Assembly: GCA_030390025.1 (NCBI GenBank) | Contig: CM059438.1 | Coordinates: 76,942,001 to 77,006,000, forward strand | Reading direction: 5' to 3' | DNA: 64,000 bases | From: Squalus acanthias | Taxonomy: Eukaryota | Part shown: in pieces, positions 38,442 through 51,732 of the stretch | How the letters are laid out: each line of letters begins with the position of its first letter | How positions within the stretch are numbered: position 1 is the first letter of the stretch | Made by a program: the position numbers and the translations under genes | Notes under the pieces: generated by a model | Seen by the model: the letters and a program-made list of their open reading frames with translations, nothing else | What the model was told of the DNA's origin: nothing | Databases searched by the model: none

Positions 38442-38499
38442 ATTCTCATTTAGCATTCACGTATGTACCCACCTCAGCGTTTGAATGCTAAATGAGAAT
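38442..38499. repeat. Perfect 18-bp inverted repeat, 22-nt spacer
   Basis: ATTCTCATTTAGCATTCA (38442-38459) / TGAATGCTAAATGAGAAT (38482-38499). Confidence 0.9.
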
Positions 38500-40562
38500 G
38501 ATGTGGGAAAGGCCAAAATATTTTTGAAAACAAAGACTATTAAAAAAGAAGCAAATGTGAGGGGTGTTCATTTTTTTTGAAAGAGACTGCTAAATTATAA
38601 AGGTACGGTGAACTGAAAGTAATTTACTGGGTCTTGTGTTTTCTGCTTTGTCCAATTTGTATACTTGATTTGATTTCTGATTATTTTTAAAAACTGTCAA
38701 TAAAAGTATTCAACAATCAAAACCAAGCAATCAAATGAGGCAAAGCAACAAATACTATTTTAGTTGAGGCATTGTAGTACTATGTATATTCGTGTAGGAG
38801 AGGTCCTACATATAAGATGCTGACCCTGGTCTATACCCCGTCCTCCACCTTCTATCTAAAAACCAACTAGAAAAATATTCCATAACCCATGTACAAGAGG
38901 TTTAACATAGTGTGGCACTGAAACTTAACAAAATTCCATTCATGTCAAATTTTTGTTCGGACATTTTTCATAAACATGCTATGCAATGCAGCAGTTAAGT
39001 TGGTAAATCTAAGAGAATGAGTGTGGGCTGAACAAATTATTGGATGCCTAGTTCTGAGTGATCTGACAAAGTATTAGTCTAGTTTGCATTTTAATCATTT
39101 TTTTAAATGCAGAACATCAATTAATTGTCAGTCTCTATAACTTACTCAAATTACTTCCCTGAATAAACAAGAATATGCAATAATAAAGCACTAAAGTTCA
39201 ACATTCTTTAGCTCATGCTAAAAGATTAATGGCATTGAAACAAAAATAAACCTTGCATGAATAGAATATGAAGTTCATTCAGCTTTGCGAAAACTTCTGT
39301 AACTAATCTGGGTATTTCCAGCAGCAAATGTGATATTAAATGACTGGAGGGAGGACTCTCTGAAGTCAGCTTCGGTTTAGTCTCCAAGGCTTGGGGATGT
39401 CCCCAGTGGCTATTAATTCTAGAGATAAAGTGATGGCACCCTGCTTGGGAGTGGTGAGGGATGGACTCTGCAGGCTGACTGCGCCACTTGAATTACTGCA
39501 GTTGCTAAGGTTCTTCTGTCTTTAACTCCTGCTTCCAGTGAAAACTTCAAATTTCTGTTCTCTAAGGTGAACAGCTTCCTAAGCTTTGTTAAATTTCCAT
39601 GTCTTTTTTAAAAATCCATTTGGATGCTTCAAAAAGCCAGAATGCAAATTTCCAGTGGTTTGAGGGGCCACCTTGTTGATCACAGTTGCTCTCTAGTTCC
39701 GAGTAAATTTAATCCTTTAATTTTAACGCGTGCATGTGCTGCTAATATCTACTTTGTTTTAATAGAGTTCCACTCTCCACAAAGCATATCTGGATATTGC
39801 CTGCATACTCCCTCTCCATTCCGCCCCACCCCCATTTAAATCTTTGAACAGGGACAGACATTTCTCAGCTTTATATGCAAGTGATAACATTTCTATTAAC
39901 CTGATGAAACATGTAAGGTAAATGATTAAACAGAGACACTGTCACATGTTATAAATATGGGAGGCTCATGTAGCTATCAGCAAGGTCAATTGGAGTTGAA
40001 AAGGCATCTCGGTCAGCCGTGAGGTAGGGAGAACAAGACTGATCAGATCTGAAGCAAGGGTTTGTACTGAAAGCAGTGTACATTATTTTCAAAACTGTGA
40101 AAAGCTGAGAACTCAAAATAATTGACCTTTTACACTGTACTACACGAACTATTACCTTTTATAATAAATCAGTGTTAGGGCTATTTGGTGTCCACTTCCT
40201 TCTTGCTATTGTAACAGTCCTAATTATTGTTTCACCACTGTATAATTCGATGTAATGCTATATTGTCCGCTAATGAAATTGATTTAAAAAATCTCAAATC
40301 TTGTTGTTAGAGACAGCCCTTTGGGCATGCAGTAAAATACACATGGAAAGTTTTGCCGTATCATCAATGGCTTTTCAGTAGTGCAGTCTTCAAAGAGCGG
40401 ATTATCAGTTGATAATGGAAACCTCGCATTTTTCACCACATGAATTATTCATCATAGTGTTACTGCAGTAATTTCCAGATTGTAAAGTTGCCAATTTGGT
40501 GGGAAGAATCTTTATAACTATGAATTGCAGTTGTTTGCATAATGACTTATTTTCATTTGCAG

Positions 40563-42079
40563 TTAATAGCTCAGTCCTTGAAAAAGAACGCCAACATGTT
40601 GCTGAAAAGTTGCTCAGAGTGATGTGTGCTGATCTGAAAGCACTGACTGTGATAAATGGGAAAGACTTCGTCAAACTTGCTCAGACGCTTGTTGATATCG
40701 GTGCGCGTTATGGATCCTTTCCTGTAGGTGATGTCCTTGGGGACATGAATACACTTGCTCTGAAACATCTGCCCAGAATGTACAACCAGGTGAAGGTAAA
40801 AGTCACATGTGCACTTGGAAGCAATGCGTGCTGGGGGATAGGTGTCACCTGTCATTGTCAGAATGTTGGCTCGGAGTCGTACTACATTCTAACAGCACAT
40901 CAAGTAGAGGGATTGCAAATGAAGAGATATGTCCTGGGCATTAAAGAAGTAGATGGCAAAGAAACTGGTGAGCAGGTTCACCAGTGGGTATTGAATGTCC
41001 TTTCAGAATTTGTCATGTCAGAGATGCGAACAATTTACGTCACTGATAGCAAAGTCAGTTCAGCCGCACTGTTGAAAGCTGGAATGTGTCTACGATGTTC
41101 AGCTTGTGCATTGAACTCAACAGTAAGAAGCGTACTTAACGAAAGGACATTGCAGGCACAAAACATGCCAGAAGTTACCGAACTTGTGAGTAACTGCATG
41201 CAGTTAATGAGTTCTTTGGAACAAGGTACCATCACTCCAGAGTTATCCAGCCTTCTTGAAGGGCAACAGGTCCCCTGTTGCTGGAATTCTGTTGCAGACT
41301 CTCTCCTCCTTGTACATGAGAAGTATGAGCAGATACGAGAATTAATCAGTGGAAGGAAGGAACTCAAGCACCTCCAAAATTGCAATAAAAGTTTGTTGAG
41401 CAACCTTACAGCCATTTTGGCTCCCGTAAAGCAGGCTGTAATAGAACTGAGTTGTGAAAATAAGCCAACGTTACAGCTTGTGCTCCCAACCTATGTAAAA
41501 TTAGAGAAACTTTTCACTTCCAAAGCTAATGATGCTGGCACTGTAAGTAAACTCTGCCACCTTTTTCTGGAGTCTTTAAAGGAGAACTTCAAAGTGGAGA
41601 CTGCTCACAAAGTAGCAATGGTCCTTGACCCACACCTGAAGCATTTGAGGTCAGTGCCACACTACCAACAAGAGGAAGTAATCAATAGAGTTTGTGAAAT
41701 GATTTCGGATATTGGGCAGTCTTGTGAAGATGTCATTGAATTTGAACCTGCAAGAAAGAAAGTGTGTGGGATTAGTGAAAACCCGAAAACATCGTCAAAC
41801 AAAGAGGTGATTCAGGATACGCGAAAAGATGAAGTATTTCAATATTTAAAGGAACCTGTGCCCAATAAAACCGTAGATCTGTTCAGTTACTGGTCGAATG
41901 CCACTCAAAAGCATCCTAAGTTAGCCAAACTTGCCTTTTGGCTTTTGGCTGTGCCAGCTGTTGGTGCAAGAAGTGACTGTATGAATAATTTTGGTGAGAC
42001 ATTTTCAGGAAAGCAAAAAAGGCAGCTGACACCTGAGGTGGTGAACAAACTAATGTTTTTGAGATCAAACTTGCAGTAG
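40563..42079 (+). CDS. ZNF618: ZNF618 terminal coding exon: hAT (Hermes-like) transposase-derived domain with C-terminal hAT dimerisation region
   Basis: TTATTTTCATTTGCAG acceptor. Uninterrupted frame to TAG at 42077-42079. Contains ZNF618-diagnostic stretches EKERQ..LLRVMCADL, LALKHLPRMYNQVKVKVTCALGSNAC, PTLQLVLPTYV.LEKLFT and KLAKLAFWLLAVPAVGARS..NKLMFL.SN. Confidence 0.97.
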
Positions 42080-42229
42080 CTGCCTCTCTGTCTGACACAT
42101 TGGTGCTTTAAAGCAGAACTAAACCCAGGTGGTGAAGTCAGTTTTATTACATAACTTTTTCTTACTGTGATAATTTTTGTGTCTTATTTCTGTGGTCAGA
42201 CCACGCTGTATTTGTTAAGACAATATGGA

Positions 42230-42330
42230 TGAGCTGCCCCCGATGGCTTACTGAGTTTATCCAGTGAGTGGCTGGGCCATACAGACCAGGAATGCCCCAG
42301 ATTTGATCCCTGGTCTGTGCTGAGGTAATA
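42230..42330 (+). mobile_element. Old SINE head fragment in proximal 3' UTR
   Basis: GATGGCTTACTGAGT..CAGACCAGGAA..AGATTTGATCCCTGGTCTGTGCTGAG, similar to 12890-13130. Confidence 0.5.
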
Positions 42331-44574
42331 ACAGGATGGACTGCAACTGCTTTTTGGGCCACGTTGCTATTAATCTAAATAAAAAGTTAGAGAAAGTGTT
42401 TTCCTGGAATAATGACTTGAGCACTATTGGTTGCACAATTTGCAACAAATTGGCCAATTTTACATTTTAATTGAAGTCATCATGTCAAGATTGGAGCATG
42501 CATTCGGCTATGGGAAATCTGTGGCTTGTCCATTTTGTGCTTCCAGCAACCAGCAGGGTCAAATCTGTGTGACCTCTGTCCTTGTTACTGTTGTCTCTGA
42601 CTATACCCTGTTTATATGTACCAAATGCGCAAAGAAGAAAATTGTTCCAATCTTAACTGTTAAAAAAAAAACAGCAGTTAATAAGAGATGAGAAAATTGA
42701 TTCCCAGCCAAAGTTTGAGTCCTTCACGGTTCTACACTCAGCCTGTGCTCTCCTGGCTTTATATTGATGGCCATCTTTAACATAGGCAGTTGTCTAAAAT
42801 TGCAATGTATGCAGATGGTGCTGTTGTATATTACTTGTCAAAATCAATGGAGCTATTATCTTCTATATGAGATATGTCTACTATTTCAAAAGTGGTTATC
42901 TGACGGTCATTTATATAATTAAAATGTCATGTTCTCTGAATGGCAAGTTCCCAGACTATGAAATTTGATGTCCAAATTAGTGGAACTTGATTAGAATTTA
43001 ATATTAAATATTTATCAGTTCAACTAGATGATCTGCTAAATGTATTGAATAAAAAGATTGCACAAAAGTAGCTCCTTTTGAGACATATGAGGGACATTGG
43101 AAAATTTTGAACTCTTGTTTGATTTTAACTGGTTTTATTTTAAACTAACAAAGCCATATACTAAAAAACCAAATATTAACATACAACAATCCAAAAATAC
43201 ATAGTGAGACAGTACTGTAACAAAAGTGACTTAAAACCTTGAATACAAAACACAACAACCGACCAAAAAAATAAACCAGCATAGGAGCAATTCCTCTCTC
43301 ACTCCCCATTTTTGTGCAATGTACCTGACTCTTGAATCCACATAGAAGCCAGTATCAAAACCAATAGAAACTAATGGATGACCAGCATACATCCACCATA
43401 CCTTGGTTTATCTCTACTAAAGTCAGTAAAAAAAAAAAAATTACATTGGAGTTTCTAAATTTACAAAATGGTTCTCTCCCCCCAGGAGCTACCAAGAGCC
43501 CTTTTGCAGGTCAGTGTTATCAAGGCTATCCATTCTCTCACTGACACTCGATCCTTCACCCTTCAGTGCTGCATTACTACCCTCGCAAAGGTTTGTCCAA
43601 GCTGATATCCTGACAAAGAAATCCTTCAATAATATCAATGTTACCCAGCAGGACAGTGCCGTTGCACCTAGACGTCTCCACTTGACAATGTCTGTATTAT
43701 TCAAACGTACTTTCTAATAACTCTTCGAACCTCAGATATTCTACCAAAATATGGGAGAGTGCACCCATAGACGAATTACATCCATGACACAAATATTTGG
43801 TCACTAACCCAGTTGTTCAAAGTCTGATTGGGGTCCAGTAGATTCTATGAGTAAGTCTGAACTGTATTCATAATATTTGCATCTATCTAACACAAGAACA
43901 TACTTGTCCACCATTTAGTGAATTCCTCAGCTGAAATTTGTACCACAAAATCCTTTTTCCAAATTGTCCCATGACCTCTTGCTGTCACACAGATTGGGTC
44001 AGACTTTTTCAAATAGCGATAAAGCACAGAGACACACAATTTTATTATTTGTCAAAAATGTTTCAAGCTAGACGGTATGTAAAATTCTGTTCTTAAATGC
44101 AAGGGCACTGTGTAGTCGCATTAGAACTCTATGAATAGGAAGTGATATTTAAGCTGGATTTGTTCAAATGAGCACCACTTTCTTTGAATAAATTGTTAAT
44201 AACCCTATCTTTAAAACAGCCAGGCTTCTTGTTGACCTGTATATATGAATTAAACTAAAATGGTGACTTATTGGACTGAAATGAATTGTCTTGTTTAAGC
44301 GTTTTCACAAAATGAAATATCTCCCACTTGGAACCAATTGAATCCAAAAGCATACTTGGGATTAAACTCAGGATGCAGTTTCAAAGTCTCCAGCTCGAAC
44401 TCCATTAATTATGATTTACCAGGGAAGTAATCAAAATGACAGTGGCTACTCCATTTACGGGGAATAATATATTCGAAAGACCCAGCAACCTCCAATTATA
44501 AAAGTAACACTGTTTTCATTATTGAGCAGGGTCCACCTGCCTGCATATCAGTAGATTTTAAAAGTTTATGAAGT

Positions 44575-44618
44575 GTAGTTAATGATGTGAATCGACGTAG
44601 TTAATGATGTGAATCGAC
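44575..44618. repeat. Perfect 22-bp tandem duplication
   Basis: GTAGTTAATGATGTGAATCGAC occurs twice in tandem. Confidence 0.95.
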
Positions 44619-45765
44619 AAAGTTCATCATCTTTTGTAGCCTAGGTAGGTTGAATACAATCAATTTCACCTCTATCATACCAAAATTAATAAGCATTATG
44701 CACCTAAGATCCAGAGTAAACATCCCAAATACAAGAAACCCTAATTTTCTCAACCAATTGGTGTTTCTGTATTGTCTTTTTATGGTGCTGTTCAGAAGCC
44801 AGGAAGAACCTGTCCGACTGGGCTAATGTTTTCTATGCTGCAAGAATACCAATTTAAAAAAAAAATGAAAATCTATTAAAGCAGTGGTTTGCAGCATTGT
44901 AATTTGAGTTTAATAATTAACTCACATATATCATGAACATTACATAATCTTGCATTAATAAATGTCCTCTGACCATAACTAGGAAATGGTCACAGAGCGT
45001 GTCATGCAAGTGGTCACTTTTATTGTGATGTGTGAATAATGTGCAAGCTGAAAGCTTTGGTTGGCATCTTCTATCTTGCCTTGGGTTGGTCTAGTTGGCC
45101 CCGTAGCAGGGATGGAGGGACCAACATGTGTTTGAGGTGTTGGATTGCTCGGATGGTGGCCCACACAGCTTGGTCTTTTCTCCGCTCCAGCCCTAGTCTG
45201 TGCAATAGCTGCTTCAATTGTCAAATGCCTTCCAGTTAATTTCTCATCTTTGCTGAGAAATTTCAAATATACACAGTTTTTAATCATAGAAAAAAATCCC
45301 TAGCTTTATTGCATGAAATATCTGTGCCGCAAAAATCTTTTACCCATATTTTATTGCTTCTGTCTATTAGTGAACAAGGTAGAAGAATTCCCTAGTTACT
45401 CGACTAAAAACTGCCTCTTTTGTGGATAATATACAATTTTTAACTATTACAGCTCTTGGGTCCTTAATTCTCCTAAAGGCCTCATGAGCGCCAACAGTTC
45501 CAGTAAGTATACCACTAGATCCTATACAAAGTTCTGCAGCTCGCAATCCATTGTTTTTTTAGAATTCATGACAAATTTTCAGCTGACGTTGAGGGTTGTG
45601 ATGTTTATTTCCCAATTAGCCTCACTGTACACCTTTCCCTCCAGGACTTCCATATTTTCTATGTTCACAGCCATTGCCTCTCTGCTGAATTACTTTTAAC
45701 TCAAAAGTCTGTCAATTCCAATCTCAACACGAAGATTTTATATTTAAGATGAACAGTAAATCAAG

Positions 45766-45950
45766 TGTCGGCTGGTTTCAGTTCATAGCACTCTGGGTCA
45801 GAAGGTTATCAGTTCGGACTTCACATATTCTAGGCTGACACTTCAGTGCGGGACTGAGGTGATGCTGCATTGTCAGAGGTGCCATTTTTCAGATGAGACG
45901 TTAAAACTGTGGCCCCATCTGCCTTTTCTGCTGGATGTAAAAGATCCGCT
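45766..45950 (+). mobile_element. DeuSINE 5' half, degenerate
   Basis: GTCAGAAGGTT..CTAGGCTGACACTTCAGTGC..TCAGATGAGACGTTAAA..GTAAAAGATCC matches the 5' half of 19621-20062. Confidence 0.75.
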
Positions 45951-45954
45951 GGGA

Positions 45955-46213
45955 AGTCGGTGACAAGTGATCAATTTAAAATGGTTACTAAGATAGCGAG
46001 GAGACAGTTTAGGAAAAATTTCTTCACTCGAGAATTGTTTGAACATAGACGGCTTTGCCACAGGGAGTAGTTTAGATGGACCACAGAAGAAGATAAACGA
46101 ATTAGAGGAAGAAACCGGGCTATGGGGAGAAAGCAGGGCAGTGGGATTAGTGGGACTAGCAAAAACTCAATCGGCCAAATGACCGCCAGTGCTGTAAACC
46201 TTAATGATTCTAT
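45955..46213 (+). mobile_element. Old CR1 3'-end remnant
   Basis: AGGAAAAATTTCTTCACTC..GGGCTATGGGGAGAAAGCAGG..GATTCTAT. Confidence 0.6.
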
Positions 46214-48513
46214 TTTATAAATATAGCTCCAGCATCTAAAGTTTTGGACTGTTGGATTGCCAGGGACATACCATATACAAAGTAGTCTGAGCCATTTCAA
46301 AATTAAATTTCTATATGGCATTTTCAGTATAAAAAACCCACTAATCAGTACTATTGAGGTTAAAAGCAATAATTGGAAGAAATTATTTAACAACACTGGG
46401 GATTTGGAGCTCACCGCTAAACAAGCATTTTGCACCACATTGTACACCCCCATCCCCCTTCAAGAATGCTATCCTGCATCTGAGATTCATATTAGTATCA
46501 AGGAAGCATATTCTGTGGTATATCTACTTTTATTTTCACCAGCCCCCATTTCATCATTGTTCTGTTGTGTGTATATAAAGCTTTGCACTCCTGTCATTTG
46601 GCAACACGATACATGTTCATGTTATTTATGTTCTATATAAATGTGCTTGTAACTTCGCACCCAAATATTTTTCTAGTAACATTCTGAAACTAAATAGTGA
46701 AATTGCTACTTGCAGCAGCGAATGATGCAGTTTAAACTGTTGTCATACCTATAGCGTTCACAGATCGTTTGCAACTTCTGCTCAGTTCAGCCAGTGTGTG
46801 GAATAAATGTAGTATGAAATGGGTAGAATTCTTAGGGCTCTTGAACATACATTGGACAAGATGTTTAAAAAGAATTCTGTGTTTTCATTAGACTCGCATA
46901 TGCATAAATGTGTGTTCTCCACTCATTTGTATATCGTTATGTCTAAATTCCTAACTCTTTATTTTCTTGCTGCAATCATTCAAAAATTAGTTAAGAACTA
47001 AGCTGCATGTCTTTGTGTGTGTGTCCCCCTCTAAAATTATGTTGTGAATATCCCTGCTAAAATTTCTGAAAAATTAAAGAAGACATTACAAAATGTCAAA
47101 GATGGATTCTATTTTTAAAATCAGATTAACTTCGCTACTTGGGCTTCTGTTCCGTTTGACAAAAACCTCAGCTTAAATCTGTCTGATTCTAGAAATAAGG
47201 GATGGCACATCCAAAAATATTTTCAGTTAAGTGAATTATTTTGGGCAAATTAATACCTTTTTTGTGCTTTTAAAAAGGTAGATTATCCACTAAAATTGTA
47301 GTCATTCTTATTCTCTGAATCAGTCTACCTGTTTCATGTTGCAGCCAGCACGCCAAATGGGAGAAGTAATGCATGCACCTGCCCCTTAAGACGATCACGT
47401 GCAACAACTTCATGTTGAGCCATGTTAGCTCGATTACTTAAATATTGTATGAAAAGAAGTTTGGATGCCCTATCACTGGATATATATGATTTGTGCATTT
47501 TTCATTGACATTTTTGGTCAATACAGAAATCAGACAGTTATCCTCATATTGGCATGATGAAGCATATTAACAGAAAGCTTTATGTAAAAGTGGCCTCCAA
47601 AACTAATTTATATTCCTGCCCTTCCAACAATGGCTGAGAAAGAAATGTCTATTATGTGAAGAAGATATTAAATTTAGGATTTCTGCCTCTCTGGTGAGTA
47701 ATCTAGCTTCCCTTTTCATTTTCAGTTATCTTGTAAGTAACACGCTCCTTTGGGTGACAGTGGTATTGCTAAGAAATAGAAGAAAATGAGTGTCTGAACT
47801 TATTGATTTGAGTACTGTTATTAAAGGAAAATTGTTCAGCCAAATCACAAATTTCCAGAGGAGAATTAGTCTAGTTAATACATGAATAATCCTAGATATT
47901 TGGAACTAAGGATGATTGACCAATCCTGATGCTTTCTTTTAAGACCAACACTACAAGTCTTGTCATATTTTGGTCTTAAGCTTGAATTAGGGATGCATGT
48001 TTTGAAGAATTAAGTTAGGCTCCTATTGAAGGGCAAATGTCTTGGGAGATCTATTCTCCCCATCTCTATTCATAAACTATGACCATATGTGGTGAACTTT
48101 CAGTTATTGTGTACTGAATACTGAAATAGGTATTTCATGGGCATTAGTTTGGATTCAGAATCATGCGATCTAAATTCCGGAGACTCCTTGCATCATGCGA
48201 TTATCTCCACAATTCTGTACGCTTCCCCCTTCCAACTTTTATAGACCAATCACGTTGAAGGTTTTATACAACCAAGGTGACCACCTCTAAGCTTTTAAAC
48301 TTTCCTATCTATAGCCAGTCTCTGAATGCAGTTTAGGTGCTGAACATTTTTTCCTCTGACAAAGGTCATGCCAGTTGAACCTGTTCCTTCACAGAGATGT
48401 TCTACTTTCCCTTCTCATCAGCAAAGATTGAACATGAAGCAAGATGGATGTGCCTTATCTTCAGTTACAATGTGAACCTTCATTCGCATTCACACATCTG
48501 TGAGAGTGTTTTT

Positions 48514-48658
48514 CTGAATTCCTGGTAGAGGCTTCATGTGTGTGGTTATACTATGTATCCGTTTAGATGACTTCATTCCTGCATCCAACAGAATGTACCT
48601 CTGAATTCTCGGTAGAGGCCATTGATGTATTATCTATCTGTTTAGATGACCTAATTCC
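48514..48658. repeat. Imperfect direct repeat (two ~60-bp units, period ~87)
   Basis: CTGAATTC..GGTAGAGGC....GTTTAGATGAC..ATTCC at 48514 and 48601. Confidence 0.75.
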
Positions 48659-50144
48659 ATCTTGTCTGGCTTTTATTAGCATCGGTGCTACAACTGGCTA
48701 GTATTTTGCACAATATTGGGATGGAAATCGGCCTTTTTCATACAAGCACAACTGTCATGCCTTTGTGTGACATCTTTCTCTGAATGAATCATCCTGTTAC
48801 TGCTTCATGTTCTATCTGGATCAATCATAGCCCTTTTGTAGGATCCTAGAAATTTCAACACACAGTAGAGGTCATTTGGTCTATCGGGTGATGCTAGTTC
48901 CACATTGGACTTACCCTCCAGTCATTTTTCCCTGCTCTTTTCCTCATAATCTTTAATACGTTTTTCTTTGGGTTTGTATAATTCCCTCTTCAAAGTTGTG
49001 ATTGATTCATTATTTGTGATATGTATTATATTATCAGAATCAATTGCAGGAAAATATTCAATAACCTTCCCCTGTAGAAGCTTGTATGTTAAGCTTTCCT
49101 ATGTGAAGTGCCTCAGGACATTTATTATGTTAAAGCACCATAAGAATATATGTTGTTAATGTGAGTCTTCAACCCATGTTTCCTAAACGAATCACTCAAT
49201 GCTTCCGTTCAAAGTATTTCCCCAGTTTAAAAAAGAAATGTAGCCATAAAATCATCCATGTGAATAGGGCTGCTATTATGGTCCTATTTCTTGAGTTATT
49301 CAAGGTTCTGCTACCTGAGATTCAAAGTGGGGTGAAAACCTCCGAATATTTTAGGGTTGATGAGAGTACCTGGAGCAACAGCCCTGTTGATCTTTTTGGG
49401 GAGACTGGTTTGATGGCTGTTGATTTTAGTAACCTTTTTTAGTTGGGCAGTAACCAAGAGTCGCACCCTACTCTATGCAGGAACATTGCCCAGCCCTGTT
49501 GAATAGTATCCCAGAGTTCATGCAGGGGGACCAAGTTTCCTGTAATGGCCAATGTCCAAGGATTGTGGGGTCCACTTGGGGAAAGCTATGTAATCCGTCA
49601 TGCTGTTGAGATTTGAGGTCACAGTGTCAGTGTCTTGCACTTGCAAAGTACGATTGAAACTCACCTATTTTCTCAAAGAATGATGGAAGGACTCTTAATA
49701 TGACCCGGATGAATGTGCAAATATGAGTTGACTCTTGTGCCCCATGCTGCTCTTGTAGGCAGTGTGTATGGTTTTCTGCACATTCTTGACATCAGTAGAT
49801 ACAATGAGGCCCGTTACTGTGTTTTGCCTCTCATTGCAATACAGTTTTGAAATGTGTCACAAAATAAAGCAGATCAGAGTCATGCCTTTTAGCCAAGAAA
49901 GGCCTTACTACAGCAGGTACAATTCTGAAATACTTGGCATACACTGAAGATTGATTTTTGGGAATCTTGAACTGTGTGGTTCTTGAGAACTATTCGCAAA
50001 CATGCACTGCTTTTGGAGGTTACCCAGCATTTGCTTTGCTGTTTCAAATGGACTATGGGGAGGTGGTAGAATGAAAATTCAAAATGTTGGAAATGCATCA
50101 AAGTGACAGTAGGAGAACAGAACTGAGCAGGTATGATGCTGGTA

Positions 50145-50145
<1 letters not shown>

Positions 50146-50176
<31 letters not shown>
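50146..50176. repeat. (TA)n microsatellite
   Basis: Uninterrupted TA run of 31 nt. Confidence 0.97.
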
Positions 50177-50178
<2 letters not shown>

Positions 50179-51726
50179 ACTGGAAGAGAAAGTAATGTTA
50201 AATTGGGAAAATGTTTTGGGGTCATTCCAGTGCAAATTCTTAAAGGCAGGCATGCAACTTGTCCCATTATAGAGCTGAGAGAGTTATATTGGCAGAGACC
50301 TGAAATGGTAGTTGCTGTGGTAAACAGCAGGGAAGCATTATCACCAAAAGGCTTCCTGGTAATCTAATACACAAAAGCCTGCTGAGTTTTATTTTTTTTA
50401 ATGCACCAATGTACCAGGTATAGTAAGCTTTAGTCCATACTTTCTGGATTTGCATATTTATTGTACCTGTTTCTTAAATTGTTTCCTCCATGTCCCTCTC
50501 TTCTCAGCTCCCTTCCCAGAAGCACTCTTGTTCTTTCCCCCCAAGTCGCCTTCAATTCTATTGTTAAAAACTGGTATCGCTGTACTATAGTTCCCATACC
50601 TACTGTTAACCATTTTCCATGTATTGCGTTAAATTTCAGATTTGTAGAGTGAACTCAAGACATGTCTCCTTTATGTTTGTGTCATTCAGTTAAAGGTGCC
50701 ATGTTTAAGAACATAGTATGTAATGCAATTTTAATGTAAATATATATATTTAAACTATTGTTACTTTAGGCATTATTTGAAATTTAGGCAAAAATGAAGT
50801 ACACCTACTGTAGTCATGGCACCCATATATATGTATATAGAGTATGGTTGGGGTGTATTACAAAGATGTATGGGGTTCTGATTTTGCTTTTTTTTTAACC
50901 AATACACTTCATGTAATCATCATCAAACATAAACACCTTTGTAGCGCATCCTGTTTTCTAATACATAGAATATTTTTACATTTAAAAAAAATAAATGCTG
51001 GCCTTGAACGTTAGTCGTTAAATAGTAAGAACTTGATTTTGTACTGAAAGGTAAAGAACATTTGGAAAAATACATCAGACATTCAGTATCAGATATGAAA
51101 ATCTAAAACAATACAAATCACAAGGTTACTTTGGCAAACATGGCATTTAATTTCTGTGTGTGTTAGAAATTGGAGCACTTTGTAGGGGCAATGATCTTTC
51201 ATCAGGCTGCGAGGTGTACATGTTTGATTTTTCAAAGCCAGTAACAATCCTTCACCTTTTTTGCAACATGGTTATTTTATACATATTGCTTCATATGAAA
51301 ATCCATAAGTATATGCCTGTGTTATCCAAACATTGTGTTCAAATCTTTAAAACACTAGTACAGTACCTGTTGTGAGATTGGAAGACCGCACAAGAGGTTT
51401 TCAAAAAAGATCGAAACGGGTGCCATTTCTAGTATTGATGTGTCAAAAATCATGTCTCATTAAGCTTTTTATTTGACAGAGCAGATTTTGTCATCCAGTC
51501 CTGATGGCTGTTGCCTTATTTTTATTACTTTCCCAAATCTGTTTGTGTAATAAGACATTAACAGTTTTTAACAGTATTTTCTATCTTTGTTCTTTTCTGA
51601 AATATATAATCAGGTTTTATGCAATTATAAAAATGTTACCACATCCATAAATTGTTATCCATTTGACTGATGTTTTCATTTGTTGGTTTCCTTCAATTTG
51701 TTTTCTTAAATTAACGTTGGACACTT

Positions 51727-51732
51727 AATAAA
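51727..51732 (+). terminator. Candidate distal polyadenylation signal
   Basis: AATAAA preceded by a long U-rich region and followed by U-rich sequence, at the end of the repeat-poor block. Confidence 0.4.

Noticed and set aside
40496-40562. ORF-track start of the 527-aa ORF as a stand-alone transposase gene
   Set aside because: The first 22 codons are intronic read-through upstream of a strong acceptor at 40562. No TIRs flank it, and it splices in frame to the finger exons.
44575-44618. CRISPR-like repeat
   Set aside because: Only two abutting units with no spacer, in eukaryotic context.
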